Shown piece by piece: positions 36,979 through 49,917 of a stretch of 64,000 bases of DNA (within the stretch, counting starts at the first letter, position 1; each line of letters starts with the position of its first letter). Source of the DNA: Fimicolochytrium jonesii. Lineage: Eukaryota. Both the position numbers and the translations under genes were made by a program. The notes below the pieces were generated by a model. The model ran no database searches, was not told the DNA's origin, and saw only the letters and a list, made by a program, of their open reading frames with translations. The stretch is from positions 124,001-188,000 of the forward strand of contig NW_026515674.1 in the NCBI RefSeq assembly GCF_025526975.1, read 5' to 3'.

Positions 36979-37216
36979 TGTGCTCGGGATGCTATGCTTA
37001 ACCGTTGCAAGTTGCACAGCGAAATTCGGCGAAAGTGCGAAGAACGCGTTTGGGATAAGAAGCAGAAGAAGCTGGGAGGGTCTGATGAAGCTGACAAGGC
37101 AAGCTTCCCCTCCAGGCCCTCTTCCCCAGCTGCAAACTGGGATCGCACAGACTAGCTCCGCTCCAACAGAGACCTTCCTTATTTCACTTCTTCTCACACG
37201 GTTACTTTTCCTCCCG

Positions 37217-38405
37217 ATGTCCGGCTACTATCACTCCCAGCAATACGGCTACGAAGCCGACCCAAATGCGCAATACTATGGGCACCCGCAGGAGTACGAG
37301 GTAGACCCGTCCGCCTACGCCGCCTATGCACCGCCAATAGTTGGGAGCTCAACAGTGAAGTCGGCAGGTCCGGTTTCCTACTCGGCACAACCTGTTCAAT
37401 ATGCCGCGCAGGCGGCCCCCACCTCGTATACCGGCGCCGGCGCTCAATACTATGCCCCACCTACACCATACTACTTTAACAACCACGGCAGCGCATCCTC
37501 GTCCTCGGCAGTTCCGTATCCGTCTGGCTACCCAGAAGGTGACTCCGGAGCCGTTCCATATCCGACAGGTTACACAGTAGAGAGCGAAAGTGGGGCGGTC
37601 CCTTACCCAGAAGGCTACACACCGAGCGCTGCCTCTGCTACAGTTGTTCGCGCCACCGCCAATACGGACGATAACCGCAGGGCGGCAGCTCTGGCTGCGT
37701 TGCCAGCGATGCCGGCGCAAGGAACAAGTAGTGGGACTGCAGGCGCGGCTGCTGCTGCTGCCGCTGCGACTACAGGAGCAAGGGACGGGAAGACTGGGAA
37801 GAAGAGAAAGACGATTCTGAGGGCGGCGGGAGGAGAAGCATGGGAGGACCAGACATTACTGGAGTGGGACGCAAGTACGTGATTTGTAGCCAGTTCATGT
37901 CATGCACTGCATCGGGTGTGACCTAAATCGCATTTGTTCCCATCATAGATGACTTCCGACTGTTTTGCGGAGATCTAGGCAACGAAGTGACCGACGACCT
38001 TCTGCTGAAGGCGTTTGCTAAATACCCTTCGGTGCTTCGTGCTCGTGTCGTTCGCGATTACAAGTCAAATAAAAGCAAAGGCTATGGATTTGTCAGTTTC
38101 AAGGACCCGAACGATTTCGTCAAAGCAATGAAAGAAATGAATGGTGAGTTGCCTCATGTCATCTGCGGTGGCTTTTAGCCTGCATCCGAGTGCTGACACT
38201 ATGTGCCTCTTCCGTTCTAGGGAAATACGTAGGAAACAGACCCATCAAACTGCGCAAATCGACATGGTCAGAGAGAAATATAGACATCAAGACGTTGAAG
38301 AAGGTTCAGCAAACGGCGATCTTCAAGCCAGTTCTGAAAATGGCCCCAAAGCATCCAAGGCAACATGCGCCGCACACGGAGCACCCTTCCGGACATGGAC
38401 ACTAG
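37217..38405 (+). CDS. RBM42: RBM42-like RRM RNA-binding (tri-snRNP-associated) protein
   Basis: Exons 37217-37874, 37949-38143, ~38221-38405. RAAGGEAWEDQTLLEW..DFRLFCGDLGNEVTD, SKGYGFVSF and MNGKYVGNRPIKLRKS. Confidence 0.9.
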
Positions 38406-38886
38406 CCCATGTGAAGCAAGTCGGTTCTTGATTCCCAAGCCGCTTTGGAGCAGACCAGCCTAACTCCCAGTACGGTCTCCTCAGGGTGTATATAAATACC
38501 AACGACTGGCTCTTCTGAAACTATAAATATAAGATAATAAGCATTGTGCGAGCTCGATGCCCTTCGCGAGCAGATTCGAATTTTCTGTCTGGGTGCATTT
38601 GTACTCCATGTTCGGTGGGCCTTGACTCCAAGGTTGCAGTTGGTTGTTAGTTGGAAATCTGAAGGCTTGCAAGTTTCGACGACCATCAACGCGTCTCTTT
38701 CCTCTCTTTCCTTCCCCGAAGGCATGGCAAAAGGAGCAGCACGGCCTGAGAGAAGACGGTTCCAGCAGCAACCGGAGTTTCTCCTTCAAGTTCGCCTCCG
38801 CCTGTTGGCACGGCCTCCACAACGAACGCAACCCATCTGGTGAACCCGCTCTGAAAGACGGAGGGGTCAAAGTCATTCTGCCCGCT

Positions 38887-41451
38887 ATGTCAAATCAAGA
38901 TGATCTTGCGAAGCTGACGGTTCCTTTGCTCAAAGCCAAGTGTAAAGAACTGGGCCTCACCGTAGGAGGAAAGAAAGCGGATCTCATTGCGAGGATACTG
39001 GCTAGCCCGCAGTCTGCCCTTGCGGCCCCGACGTCAACCCCTGCCTCTGCTGGCGCCCAAAACCCCACGGAAGGCGGAGCTCAGGTCGCAGCTCCAAGCA
39101 CCTCACCCGAAGGCCCACAGGCTGCAGCTCCGAGTGATACTACTACATCTTCGACCGTCGACGTCGCAGCTGCAAGCACCACCACATCTTCGACCACAAA
39201 GCGCAAACGCTTGGACCAGGAGGGGAAAACGAGCAAGAAGAGCAAGAAGAGCAAGCCGGAAGCGTCCACCCAGCAGCCTACACTGAGCACAGCGAGCTCT
39301 GGACCTTCCAAATCAGCACCGACGCCGAGGGCAGCCGCTTCCGCGTCAGCCAAGAAAGCCCTCACGAGTTCGGAAGGGTCTAGCACTGTCCGCTCCAAGG
39401 GAAAATCCCTATTGGCCCCAAAGCGTCCTCTGGTACCACAAAACAGTGCAGCAACACAACCTCAGCACGCGGCCGTTGCCACACCAACGCTGCCTGTCGA
39501 GAAGTCATTGAACGTTCCGACCCCTAGTAAGCCAGCAGCACCCATCGCTACGGCCCCAAAGTCCGTTCGAAGGAAGCCTTTGCTCATGAAACAAGTGGGA
39601 AAATCAGCCCCAACACAGGTAAGAGATTGGTGAAGTCAATATGTTGCCTTGTTCTGCAACATCTTACTCTCGCGTTCGCAGGAATCAACTCAGGTTCTGA
39701 CGCCTCCGAGCAAAAAGGCACCCGCCACCTCGTCGGATAAAGCTGCGAGCGCGGTAGCAACGAGCACGAAACAATCGGCCGTCGCGGCGGCCAAATTTCG
39801 GTACACGCCGCTTCAAGTCACGCAGCCGTCATTGACACTCGCCCCGCCTCCTGCCTCAAATGCCTCGACGAGCTACTGGGTGGCGGAGGAAATCTTTCCG
39901 TATGCAGAGCCCTGTCAGCCCCTTCCTTCTCGAAAAGCTCAATATGCGTCTACCTCGCTCTTGTTCGGCGCTTTTGAAATCGCGCTGCCTAAACTGGATC
40001 ATGCCTCGTTGTTGACCGCTGAGGGAGTCTCGTCCTTTTGCCAGACACTCGGTATTCGCATCAGTGTGCAATCTGCTTCATGATGTGAGGTCGCACTCAC
40101 TTACTCGAAGACCTCTTCCAGCTTTGAAGAGTTGGAGGCCCTGTCTCGAGAGGTACGGAGGCTCTTGATCGTTACGTCTTCCCCGCTATGAAGCCTGATG
40201 CCTCCCACTTTATGTAGGGACTTTCCCGGACGTACAACGGCCATGTCTCTGGCGAACGGAGGAGGCGGCGATCAGCCGCATGCGAAACAGATCTATCGAC
40301 AACGTAGAAAGGAGTATCTCTGCAACATCGCCGAGCATTGCAACAGCTGGATCGCCAAGTTATTCATGCGTTGCAACCCGGCGGGCACCGCCAGTCAGGA
40401 GATGGACGAGTACATATTCGGCATCCACGTGGATATCTTCAAAGGCAATTATAACTCGGCCGAAATCTACGTAGCTCGACGCTTCTGGATCGCGCTTTTT
40501 GTCGACCTCTCGGCGGGCAGGCGAGACAAAGCTTTACCTGTCTCTGTTTGTCCAATGATCCGTCAAGTGCAATGCCTTACTCGCGACATTGCCAAGGTGT
40601 CGTGCTACAAAGTATCAGCAGCGCCGGAGACGACCGAAGGATCCAGCCCGACGCCGGGATGCCAACAAGAGCTGGTGTACCTCGTCATCTCCCAAACTGG
40701 CCAGATCCTTACTCAGATCGATCTCTTCAAGCCTGATCTCCTCACACCATGGGAGCTCTTCGCGCAAGCCTGCATCGCCCGAGACTCGTACAAAACCAGC
40801 CTCTTCCCTTCGTCTCTCATATCGCTGGTGGTCACCCTGGACAGCTCGTTCCCGTACAACATCCATCAGTCGGTCCCGAGAAGCACGGCCTTGAGACACG
40901 AAAAAGCGGCTGTGGCGGCTCGCTTCGTGCTCACCCACTGCGACGGCCTCGACGCCTCCCTCGCTAAGCGGTTCAGCAAACCCCTTCCCGGACGCGACAT
41001 GTTGTCACCGTCCTGCGGACTACCGGCGCTGATTGCACAAGGTCGTCAAGCGGTGCAGTCTGTACATTTCAACGCACCGCCCAAAGCTGATCGCCCCGAG
41101 CTCTCATCGGACCTCGCTATCATCCAAACAGTAGACTCCGGCACGCTCTACGTCGTCGCGGAATGTGGATTGGTTGTGGGGACGGATATGAGTGGCGTGA
41201 ACCCGCTGTGGCAGAGATTGGTGGAGTGTGACCGCGATGGGATGGTGAGGACGGCTCAGATGCCTATTATGACGGAAGAGCGAGGACCCGTCGCGGCGTT
41301 GATGGTGCGCGCGGCGGATGATGGTTTGAAAACGGGCGTATTCGTACGGGGGCCGATCAGTGCTCTTGGATCTGCGCATCCGATGGGTGTGGACGGGGAT
41401 GAGAACAGCGACTATTATAGAGGAACTGAGGCTGAGGATTGGTGTGCGTAG
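38887..41451 (+). CDS. SAP-domain protein with long Ser/Thr/Ala/Pro linker and uncharacterised C-terminal domain
   Basis: LAKLTVPLLKAKCKELGLTVGGKKADLIARI is a canonical SAP motif. Same-strand ORFs are linked by GT-AG introns (39619-39681 and ~40052-40218 region). Confidence 0.7.
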
Positions 41452-41687
41452 ATGTAGGCACGGTTTTGGAATTGTTCTTCTGGTGCATTTTAAGCCTTGA
41501 CTAGATCTGGCCTTCCCTTCGCCTTTCTTCCTTCACCAGGTACAGAAATAGAAACGGAATCATGCGAAGCCTTGCAGTGTTATTATGTATATACGATCGA
41601 GATCAAGATACTACATCCCATGTCTATGCCCATATACGCCAACATCCAATGCACTGCTGAAACTCGATATGTGATGTTCTTCTACGT

Positions 41688-44600
41688 CTACCGCCGAACT
41701 CTCTCAGCCCAAACATCCTCCACAAACTCCCTACCGCCTTTACTCCTAATAAGCCTCAACAACCAATCACTGCTCTCATCCACCCCCGCACTCCCCCTAC
41801 CCTTCCCATCACCCTGCCCCGCCCACCGCCGCATCAGCTCCTTCTTACTCAAATGACAATTCTCCAACGTATTCCTCACATCCTTATATTTCCCCGTGTA
41901 CAGCATAGCAGGCGGCAACCCCTCCCCATCACTTGCAAACCACGCCGTCAAGAACTCCAACGCGGCGACGAGGAACGTGATCCGGCCAGGGTCCTGCGTG
42001 ATGGTCGTATGCGGCGACGACGAGGAATTTGACGAGGTCGAGGTATCCGATCTGATGGATGCGAGCGACGCGGAGGAGAATTTGGTGGGGAGGCCGCGGA
42101 AGCCCGTGGGGGTTGGGAAAGGCGGGGTGGGGGTTGGGGTGGCACGGTTGGTGGGATTGGAAGCGGTGGAATCTTCGTCGTCGCCGAGGGGAACGACGAT
42201 GGATTCGATGATGTGCAGGATACGGTCCCAGGTGCCTTTGACGACCAGCATGGCGACGTCTGGGGTCATGCTGTCGGTGAGGACTTGGAGGTTGGAGTTG
42301 ATGTAGCCGAGGAGGGTTGTGAGGGTGGTTTCGATGTCGGGTTTGTTGGGTTGTGGGGAGGCTGATGTGGGTGACGATGCGTGTGAGGAGGAAGAGAATT
42401 TGGCGCCTTCTTTGATGTTGCGCACGTTGTCGTTAAGTTTGCTGAAGACTGAGTGCAGTTTTGTGCTGGACAGTGTTGTGGTTTTGTGGGTTTTTGACAG
42501 TGTTTTGAGGCTCGGTCGGAAGTCGTATGTCAGCTGGCGGAGGGGGCGGTTTTCGGTTAGTGTACCTCGGACACTGTTTCAACGCATCCACATGTACCCC
42601 AAACGCACCTGCTCAGCAAACAACGCAATCCCCTTCCTCAACCCCACACTCGCATCCCTCCTAACCCTCTCCCTCAAGAACTCCACCCCATCCTTCACCT
42701 CCCCCCTCAAGCACACCTGCTTCCCATCCGCCAAATTCACCAGCACCGTCTTGCCCACCCACTCCCCACCGGGCACGAGCGCACGCGCATACATGTAATC
42801 CTTATCCTGCAGCAACCCGGGAATGCGATGCAGGAGACAGATCTCCAGATCCATTGATGCGGCTGAGGCTGCGGGCAGGATGTAGAAGCGGGGTAGACCG
42901 TCGGCGGGGTCTTCGCGGGTGATACTGGTTTGCGAGGCATTGCCGTACGTGTCGGATAGAGAGGGGAGGTCACCGGTCGATAGCTGCTTTTTCTGGTCCC
43001 ATACGACGTGGGTGGATTGGTTCGCTGGTTTCGTTTGGCCGACCTCACGTCCATTGAAGCGGATGCGAAGAAGGAGTTGGGTCCAGTAGGGGCGCGTGAA
43101 GGTTGGGTTGTCCATGTGCAGGATGTTGGCGATGAGGTGGAGGCGGGAGGAGAGGAAGGGGGTGCCGTCTTTTGGCGGGACGGGTGGGGGTGAGTCGGGA
43201 TCTGACGGCGGATGGTTGAAGATTCGTGTGCAGAGTGATGCAAACAGGGACGGCAGAACCTCGATGTTCTGCAGTTTGACGCAGGCCTTTTTGAAATCCA
43301 AGTCAGCATATTGCCGAAATCATTACCTATCAAGATCGCATCGCAGGACAGAAGAGCATACCTCCGTCGGCAACCTAATCTCAGACGCATCAATCCCCAC
43401 GCCCTTCTTCGATTTACCAAACTTCAGCTTCATCTTATTCTTCTTCTGCGCTTGATCCGCCTCAGACTGCAGCCGTCGTGTTGGATCGCCCGCTTTGTAG
43501 CGGGCCAGGTCTGTGACTATCTTTCTCAATACCAGGTCGATATAGCGTTCCAGCGTGTCAGAGATCGCCTTTGGTGTTCGCAGGATGAGGTGTCAGACTC
43601 CCTAGGCCAATGTGGAATCCGAAAATCTCCCCAAGATATACCTCGACCAACCGCATAAGTACAGCGCTCTTCTGCTCCCTATCCGGCCAATTGAGATTGA
43701 GGACGAAATCCAGCTGTTGCTGAAACGAGGTGAACATATCCAGGACGGAAGACGAGTAGAGCACCGTCGGTGATGAGTGCTTGTACTACACCCAAAAGGA
43801 AAGGTAAACCGAAAACGTTAGCTTTCATGCGGTTGTGTATGCCAGAGCGGGAACGAGAGTTACGTACGTCATCGAGGTTGACTGCGTTCTGCATCCATTC
43901 TGTAAACTTCTTTTCTGAAATCGTGCGGGTGTCACGTATTTAGCTAGCTGTGCGCGCATCACCATCCCACACCCGTCAAAGCGGTGAGTGAACCAACCTG
44001 AGATGTCCACCCACTGACTCAACCCCGGGCCAAACCATTCCGTCAGCATAAACTTGTCCGCCAACCTGCAATCACAGCAAAACCTCCATCAGCCTGTGCT
44101 CCCGCTCCCCAAGCACCCAACACCATCTCCCCACACTCACTTGAAATCAACCTTCTCATAAATCCCCTTGAGCGCACAAACCCCCGCATAAAGCTCAAAG
44201 ATAGCCGCAAACTCCCTCCTCTGCGCCGCACTCGACGTGTACCCAACAATATCCGGTACGATCTTATCAAAAAAGATCTTGGCAGCCATATCGGGGACGT
44301 GGATGTAGTTGAAGTGCAGGGTGTCGAGGTAGGTGTCGTAGGACGTGAGCTCTGTTTCGATGGCGTGGGTGAGGAGGACGATGGGGTCGATGGGGGTGGC
44401 GGGAGAAGGGGTGTGGGCGATGGCGTGCAGGCTGTAGTAGCGGGATTCTAGGGCTTGCTGTGGGAGGGTAGAGTTTAATGCAGTGGTCGGGGGTTTGATG
44501 AAGCGAGGGCGAGAGGCTTACCAGTAGTAGGGCTTTGACGGTATGTTCGACGTTGTCATCCGAGAGATGGACTAGCTGGTTGTCGTTCAGGCTGGCCAGC

Positions 44601-46413
44601 ATGTGGATGATTGCGCTGAAATCCTGCGCGCGGGAGGATGTCAAGGGGTGATTGAAGAAGGTCCGTAGTTGGTGGATGAGAATCTCGTAGAGGGTTCTGC
44701 ATAATTGTTGGAAGGCTGCGAGCTGTGTGGGTCAGGGTCAGCAAGGGATTTGGAAACTTGGTGCGAGACAAGCGCAGACTTACGTCGGACGTAGGAATGA
44801 TGTGGATGCTTTTGGACAGTCGGTCTGCGGGCTCGAATCCCTCGTGGTCAAGCACTGTAGCCGGGAGAACTCCTTGCGGAAACACAGTCGCCAACGCTTC
44901 CAGGTATCTAGTCAAATCGAATCGTCAGCCCTACATCCCTCCTACCCACCCATTCTGTCCACCGTCATCCCCGGCAAAAACTCACATCACACTCCTCGTA
45001 AACTCGCTAACCCTCCACACAACCGCCGCCTCCGCCAAAATCGCCCCACTCTCCTCGCACAAAAACGGTCCGCCATCATATCTACCCGCACTCCACTCCA
45101 CAATCCGTCCAACCAAGTCCTTATACGCCGCTCTCGGTTGCGGCGGGATGAATCGTAATGCGGTTGCATACACATGTGCGAGATCAGGTGAGGCAACGAT
45201 ACGTTCGACGGAGAGGGTTACGTGCCCACTGACGTGGCTTCGGGAGGAGCGCTTGGCTAGGATGTGCTCTTTTTGAAATGGGGAAGTGCAGGACTGGGAG
45301 ATCAGGTCGGTGGAGGTGAATGTGAGGAGGCCGAGGAAGGCGTCTTCGCGACGGGGGACTTTGACGTCTGATGTTCGATTCCAGACGCTCAGTGTGATGG
45401 GACTGTCTGTTTCGTGAAGTGCCCTGGAATCGTAATATCAGCTACGGCCTCCGCGACGTCTAGGGGCGTTTTATCAGTGCGCAAACCTACGCACAGAGAG
45501 ATCCTAAAGTTCCAAGCCGGATTCACATTCCGATCAACGCATTCGCTCGTATAAGTCGTCCCATTATGCGTAATCACACAATACGGGTTGCTCGATCCAT
45601 TCGCGTCCTTCGACAACAGGTTCCTCGCTTCCATCACATGCAACGAGACCAACACGCTCCCCTGCTTATCTGCGTCGTGCAATGTCGCGGCATTGCCGTT
45701 CTCCCTGACTATCCTCTGCACCGCTGCCCGCTCTTCATCCTTCCAGCAGGTGTAGTCGTTGGGGTTGGCGAAATCTGTTGGCTGTAAGATTCCTAGATCC
45801 ATTTGAAGGAGACCGAGGTAGGTCACCAGATCCGATCTGACCATCTATCAAGGCGAAGGAAGATAAACATTCAATCCTCTCTCCGCCACTAAACATGACT
45901 TGAATGTCGGTTGACCCCACCTCAGCATCGAGGCACATCTCAATAACCATACTCCAAAAGACATCCACCGTCGACGCCGTGAACTTGCACACGCTCGCAA
46001 AATGCCTCACGCGTCTCATCGCTTCCTGCGAAGGCACGGCAACCGATCCAGGCGCCTCGATCTTCTCGCCCTTGTCATCCTTCCTTTTCCGCAGCGGTGG
46101 AGGGGAAAGAAACTTCTCCACGACCGCCGCAGAACCCTGTCGAGACCGCTGTCCACTTTCGCCCCTTTTGGAGGATTTTAGGGCCGTGTCCGCTGTGAGG
46201 ACGGAGGCGGTGTCTGAGATACTCGTGATGGAAGGGGTGCGGCTGCGTGCGGCGTGGGGAGTGCCGTTCAAAGGACAAAGGAGTGTGCGGAATACCTATG
46301 CGTCAGTCGTTAGCAATGCTCCACTCGTGAAGAATGAAAACGCTCGAGCTGAGAGGACATACATAGGGGCTGTATTGCTGTAAAGAAGCCTTGCTGGTAT
46401 TAGACAGCTGCAT
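41688..46413 (-). CDS. C2 and MUN (Munc13-homology) domain protein, Git1/Ync13/Yor296w-like
   Basis: First exon 46413-46363. C2 domain LHVMEARNLLSKDANGSSNPYC..VNPAWN, MHD1 motif YSSSVLDMFTSF, CVKLQNIE, and MHD2 TLLGYINSNLQVL..FLTAWFASDGEGLP. Many introns. Confidence 0.8.
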
Positions 46414-47096
46414 CTTCAGTTCCTATTCTAAAAGGCGACGTCTTTGATACGTAGTCTATTATCTAGTTGAGACAGTTGGGAACTACGAATTCCACACACA
46501 AGATCACTATATATGTAAGTCTATTGAGGCCGAGGGCTCCTGAGACTGAACGGACTGAGTGCCAAGTTACACTTTTCAAAGGAAGAGGAAGCACACAGCC
46601 TCGAACTTCCAATTTGGTCCCGATGGGTTAACGGTTGACGGTGGGTTCTGTGCAATGAATCCGGTTCTCGCGCGCCAAGAGGAGAGTGCGTCACGCCTCC
46701 CGACGCGCGCGGCACACTCATCCATCAGTCTTTCCCTCCATCCCCTCCCGAAGCAGCCTTCCGGAGTTGACCCCCAACCCGGTGGATGTCCCGGTATATC
46801 GATATTACTCTCTCGGAATCAATCCTCTTATTCCCCTTGCAAGCTGGGAAGTGGCGGCATGCCTGTTGATTGTCCTGCCGTTCTGGGGTGGTTCTGAGGG
46901 GAGTGAAGGGGGGTCTGGGTGGCAGTGCAAGTTGATAAGTAGATGACGCGGCCAATCAGAGCGCTCGAGGGCCTCTCTCCGTGCGACTCCCTCCCTGCGT
47001 GGGTGAGGGAGGAGTAAGAAAACCCCTTCGCTGGACCTTTCGCTGCTTCAAGCTTCTTGACCCAAAAACACTCTCCTGAGAACAACTACTGCTACA

Positions 47097-48914
47097 ATGT
47101 TCGTCAAGGCTGGACTATGGGGTACGTCGCTCTCTATACATCTGCTCCGTTTGCTAACAGGGTGGTCACCCTGTGCCCCACTTTGGTGGACGGTGGGACG
47201 TTTCACCGTGCGAAAACTCGTATCGAAGGATACTAATATCCCTTTCGCTTCATTAGGTCTCAAGATCGAGGCCGGCAAGGAGTACTCTCAATTGATTGAC
47301 AGCAGCTTCACCGTCACCTCTGTAAGTCTCTCCCCCATTCTAAAGCCCCCCCACCACGTTCCACACCACTTGAACCTAATCCCCTTTCAATTCCACCCAG
47401 GCCGCCCTCAGCTTCGACCTCCCCAAGAACGGCACTCGTACAGTCGTCTCCTTGACCACAAACGAGAAGGAGTTTGTCCTCTGCTCTCTTACACCCGGCA
47501 AGATTGAGCAGCAGGTCGTTGACTTGAGCTTCCTCGAGGGTGACGAGATCACTTTTAAATCTACTGGAAACTGCGATATCGATTTGCTCGGGAATTACCT
47601 CGTCGATACTGCTGAGTTTCCCAATGAGTATGATTCTGATGGTGCGTACGAGAGGAAGAGTGAGCGACTGAGCGTACGGGGGGTCTGGTTCGGACTACGA
47701 CGAGCGAGGGGAGGCACATGGTTGCTTGAGGCAGGCGAGCTCTGGGCGAGCCTTGGTCGGCGACAGCGACGCGCGAGCGGAGCGAGCCACATTGCGCCAA
47801 AGGCGCAATACTCCCCTAAACACGGCTTGTAGTCTACCCTCAGCGAGCGTCAGATGTTTTGCGAGCGAAGCGAGCACCACCTTGCGCCACCGGCACTCAC
47901 CCAACCTCCTTGTCGCGATTTCGACCATCCAGCCATCAACCCATCGACTGACATTCCTTCCATTCTTCAACTTTTGTAGATTCTGAGGAGAACATGTGGA
48001 TGGACGGTGACTCCGACGACATGGAAGGCGACTCCGACGACGACGAGGACCTCGAAGACGTCGACTCTGACGAGCTTGAGCAGATCATCAACGGCAAGAG
48101 GAAGCTGCCCACCATTCCCGACTCCACATCTGCCAAGAAGGCCAAGATCGTCGAGCTCAAGGAGGAGGCCGTGAAGCCCACCAAGGCCGCCGCGAAGAAG
48201 GAGGAGAAGGCTGCTGAGAAGGCTACTCCCGCGAAGAAGGAGGCTGCCAAGAAGGAGACCCCAGCTGCCTCCAAGAAGGACGCCGCTGCCGCTGCTGCCA
48301 AGGAGACCACCCCTGCCAAGAAGGACACTACCCCCTCCAAGAAGGAAGCCGCCGCTGCAAAGAAGGAAGCCACCACCCCCGCTGTGTCCGCCAAAGCCGT
48401 CGCAAAAGCCGCCGCTCAAACCACCCCTAAAGAGGACCCCAAAGCCGCCGCTAAACCCGCCCCTGCCACAACCGCCAAGACCTCCGCCCCTAAGACCAAG
48501 AAACTCCCCTCCGGCCTAATCATGGAAGACGTCCTCGAAGGCCAAGGCGCAAAAGCCAAAGCTGGCAAACGCGTCGGCGTGCGATACATTGGCCGCTTGA
48601 CCAACGGGAAGGTGTTTGACTCCAACACCAAGGGTGCCCCATTCAGGTTCAGGTTGGGTGCCGGTGAGGTGATCAAGGGGTGGGATCAGGGTGTGCAGGG
48701 GATGGGTGTCGGTGGAACGAGGAAGTTGACGATTCCGGCTGCGTTGGCTTATGGGTCTCGCGTAAGTGTCTATGTGTCTGCGTTCCCCTCTTTGGATGCC
48801 CACCGGTCGCAGTTTCACTGATAATCCGCTTTCTTACATACACAGGGCGCCCCCCCAGACATCCCCGGCAACGCCACCCTCGAGTTTGAAATCAAACTCC
48901 TCGAGATCAAGTAA
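47097..48914 (+). CDS. FPR4: Nucleolar FKBP-type PPIase / histone chaperone (nucleoplasmin-like domain, acidic and basic tracts, FKBP domain), Fpr3/Fpr4 family
   Basis: Exons 47097-47121, 47257-47321, 47401-47641, 47980-48761, 48846-48914. [17 protein letters not shown] (NPL), D/E tract, and [41 protein letters not shown]. Confidence 0.93.
47642..47979 (+). repeat. Long (338 nt) intron with GAGC-rich repeats and a perfect hairpin, related to the chitosanase intron element
   Basis: gcgagcgaagcgagc at 47861-47875, hairpin attgcgcc-aaa-ggcgcaat at 47791-47809, tcaacccatcgac near 47936. Confidence 0.7.
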
Positions 48915-49341
48915 ACTATCCCATCCATACAATCCATTCATACCACCCCCAATAGAACACACAACAACCCCTTGTGCATTCGTTGCCTAAGTACAATGTT
49001 TGCTCCTAACACCACAAAGGGGCTCTAAATCCCTCGTTGAGCACTTTCTTATTTCATTTATCTTTATATTATGGCTTTTCGGCCTGTGCAACTGAGAGAT
49101 TCTTTGTGTTACTTTGCTGGGTGTCATTTGATGCTATCTACGACGTATTTTCGTGATGATTAGTTGTTTTCCGACTAACGTACATGTTGATGGCCTATAC
49201 ATACAGTCAGAAGAAGAAATGAACGACATAACATCTCTCTACTCTACATTCCTAACCCTATGCACAACAGCCCAAGTCAAAAATCGGGTCGCTAGGGAGT
49301 ATTCGTCAACGCCTTGTATGTATGTATGGTGGCGGGGGTCC

Positions 49342-49887
49342 TCACGGGAAAACAGTAGCAGGCGTGGTCCCCACGATATCCACCTTCCCGCCCGCGATCG
49401 CAAAACTCGGCGCAATCCAACTCCCACAACTGCACGGCGCACCTGCCCAGCTCCAACTGCCCAACTTCACGCCACACCCGGGACAACCTATCCGGCCCTC
49501 TGTTGCGCCCTGGCTCACCCCGTCCGCCCAGGCGAGGGTTTCGACATGGTGGGAGTTGCATGGGGGTGGGGTGGAGGCGGAGGTGGGGTCGAGGTTGGAG
49601 TTGGGGGAGCGTTTGCGGTAGGCGAAGGATTGTTGGCCGGTTCCTGCGGTGTGGGTGAGGATTTGGGGGGTGGGCAGGAGGGCGGTGCGGCATTTTTTGC
49701 AGCGGAGGTGGGTTGCGGGTGCGGAGGGGGTTGGGGTGGGTGCTGATGATGGGGATGGGGCTGCGGTTGGTGGAGGATCTGCGGCTGGTGGTGGGGTAGG
49801 CTCCGATGGTGGCGGGGTGTTGGCTTTGAGGCCGGTTGGGAGCTCTCGTTTCTTTTCGTCTTGGATGTTGCCTGCTCGCTTCAGCAT
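49342..49887 (-). CDS. Yvh1/DUSP12-type C-terminal zinc-binding domain without a phosphatase domain; probably the last exon of the Ncs6/Ctu1 gene
   Basis: LRCKKCRTALL...H...CNSHHVETLAW...EGRIGCPGCGVKLGSWSWAGAPCSCGSWIAPSFAI..KVD. The ATG lies only ~30 nt past the unspliced Ctu1 stop. Confidence 0.8.
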   Translation of the reverse strand: MLKRAGNIQDEKKRELPTGLKANTPPPSEPTPPPAADPPPTAAPSPSSAPTPTPSAPATHLRCKKCRTALLPTPQILTHTAGTGQQSFAYRKRSPNSNLDPTSASTPPPCNSHHVETLAWADGVSQGATEGRIGCPGCGVKLGSWSWAGAPCSCGSWIAPSFAIAGGKVDIVGTTPATVFP

Positions 49888-49917
49888 TGAGGAATGAAAG
49901 TGTTTCAGTACCGCAGT

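Noticed and set aside
47226..47233. gtatcctt (U12-type donor motif) on the minus strand
   Set aside because: Antisense to an FKBP intron and not at an exon boundary; the introns I resolved are all standard GT-AG.
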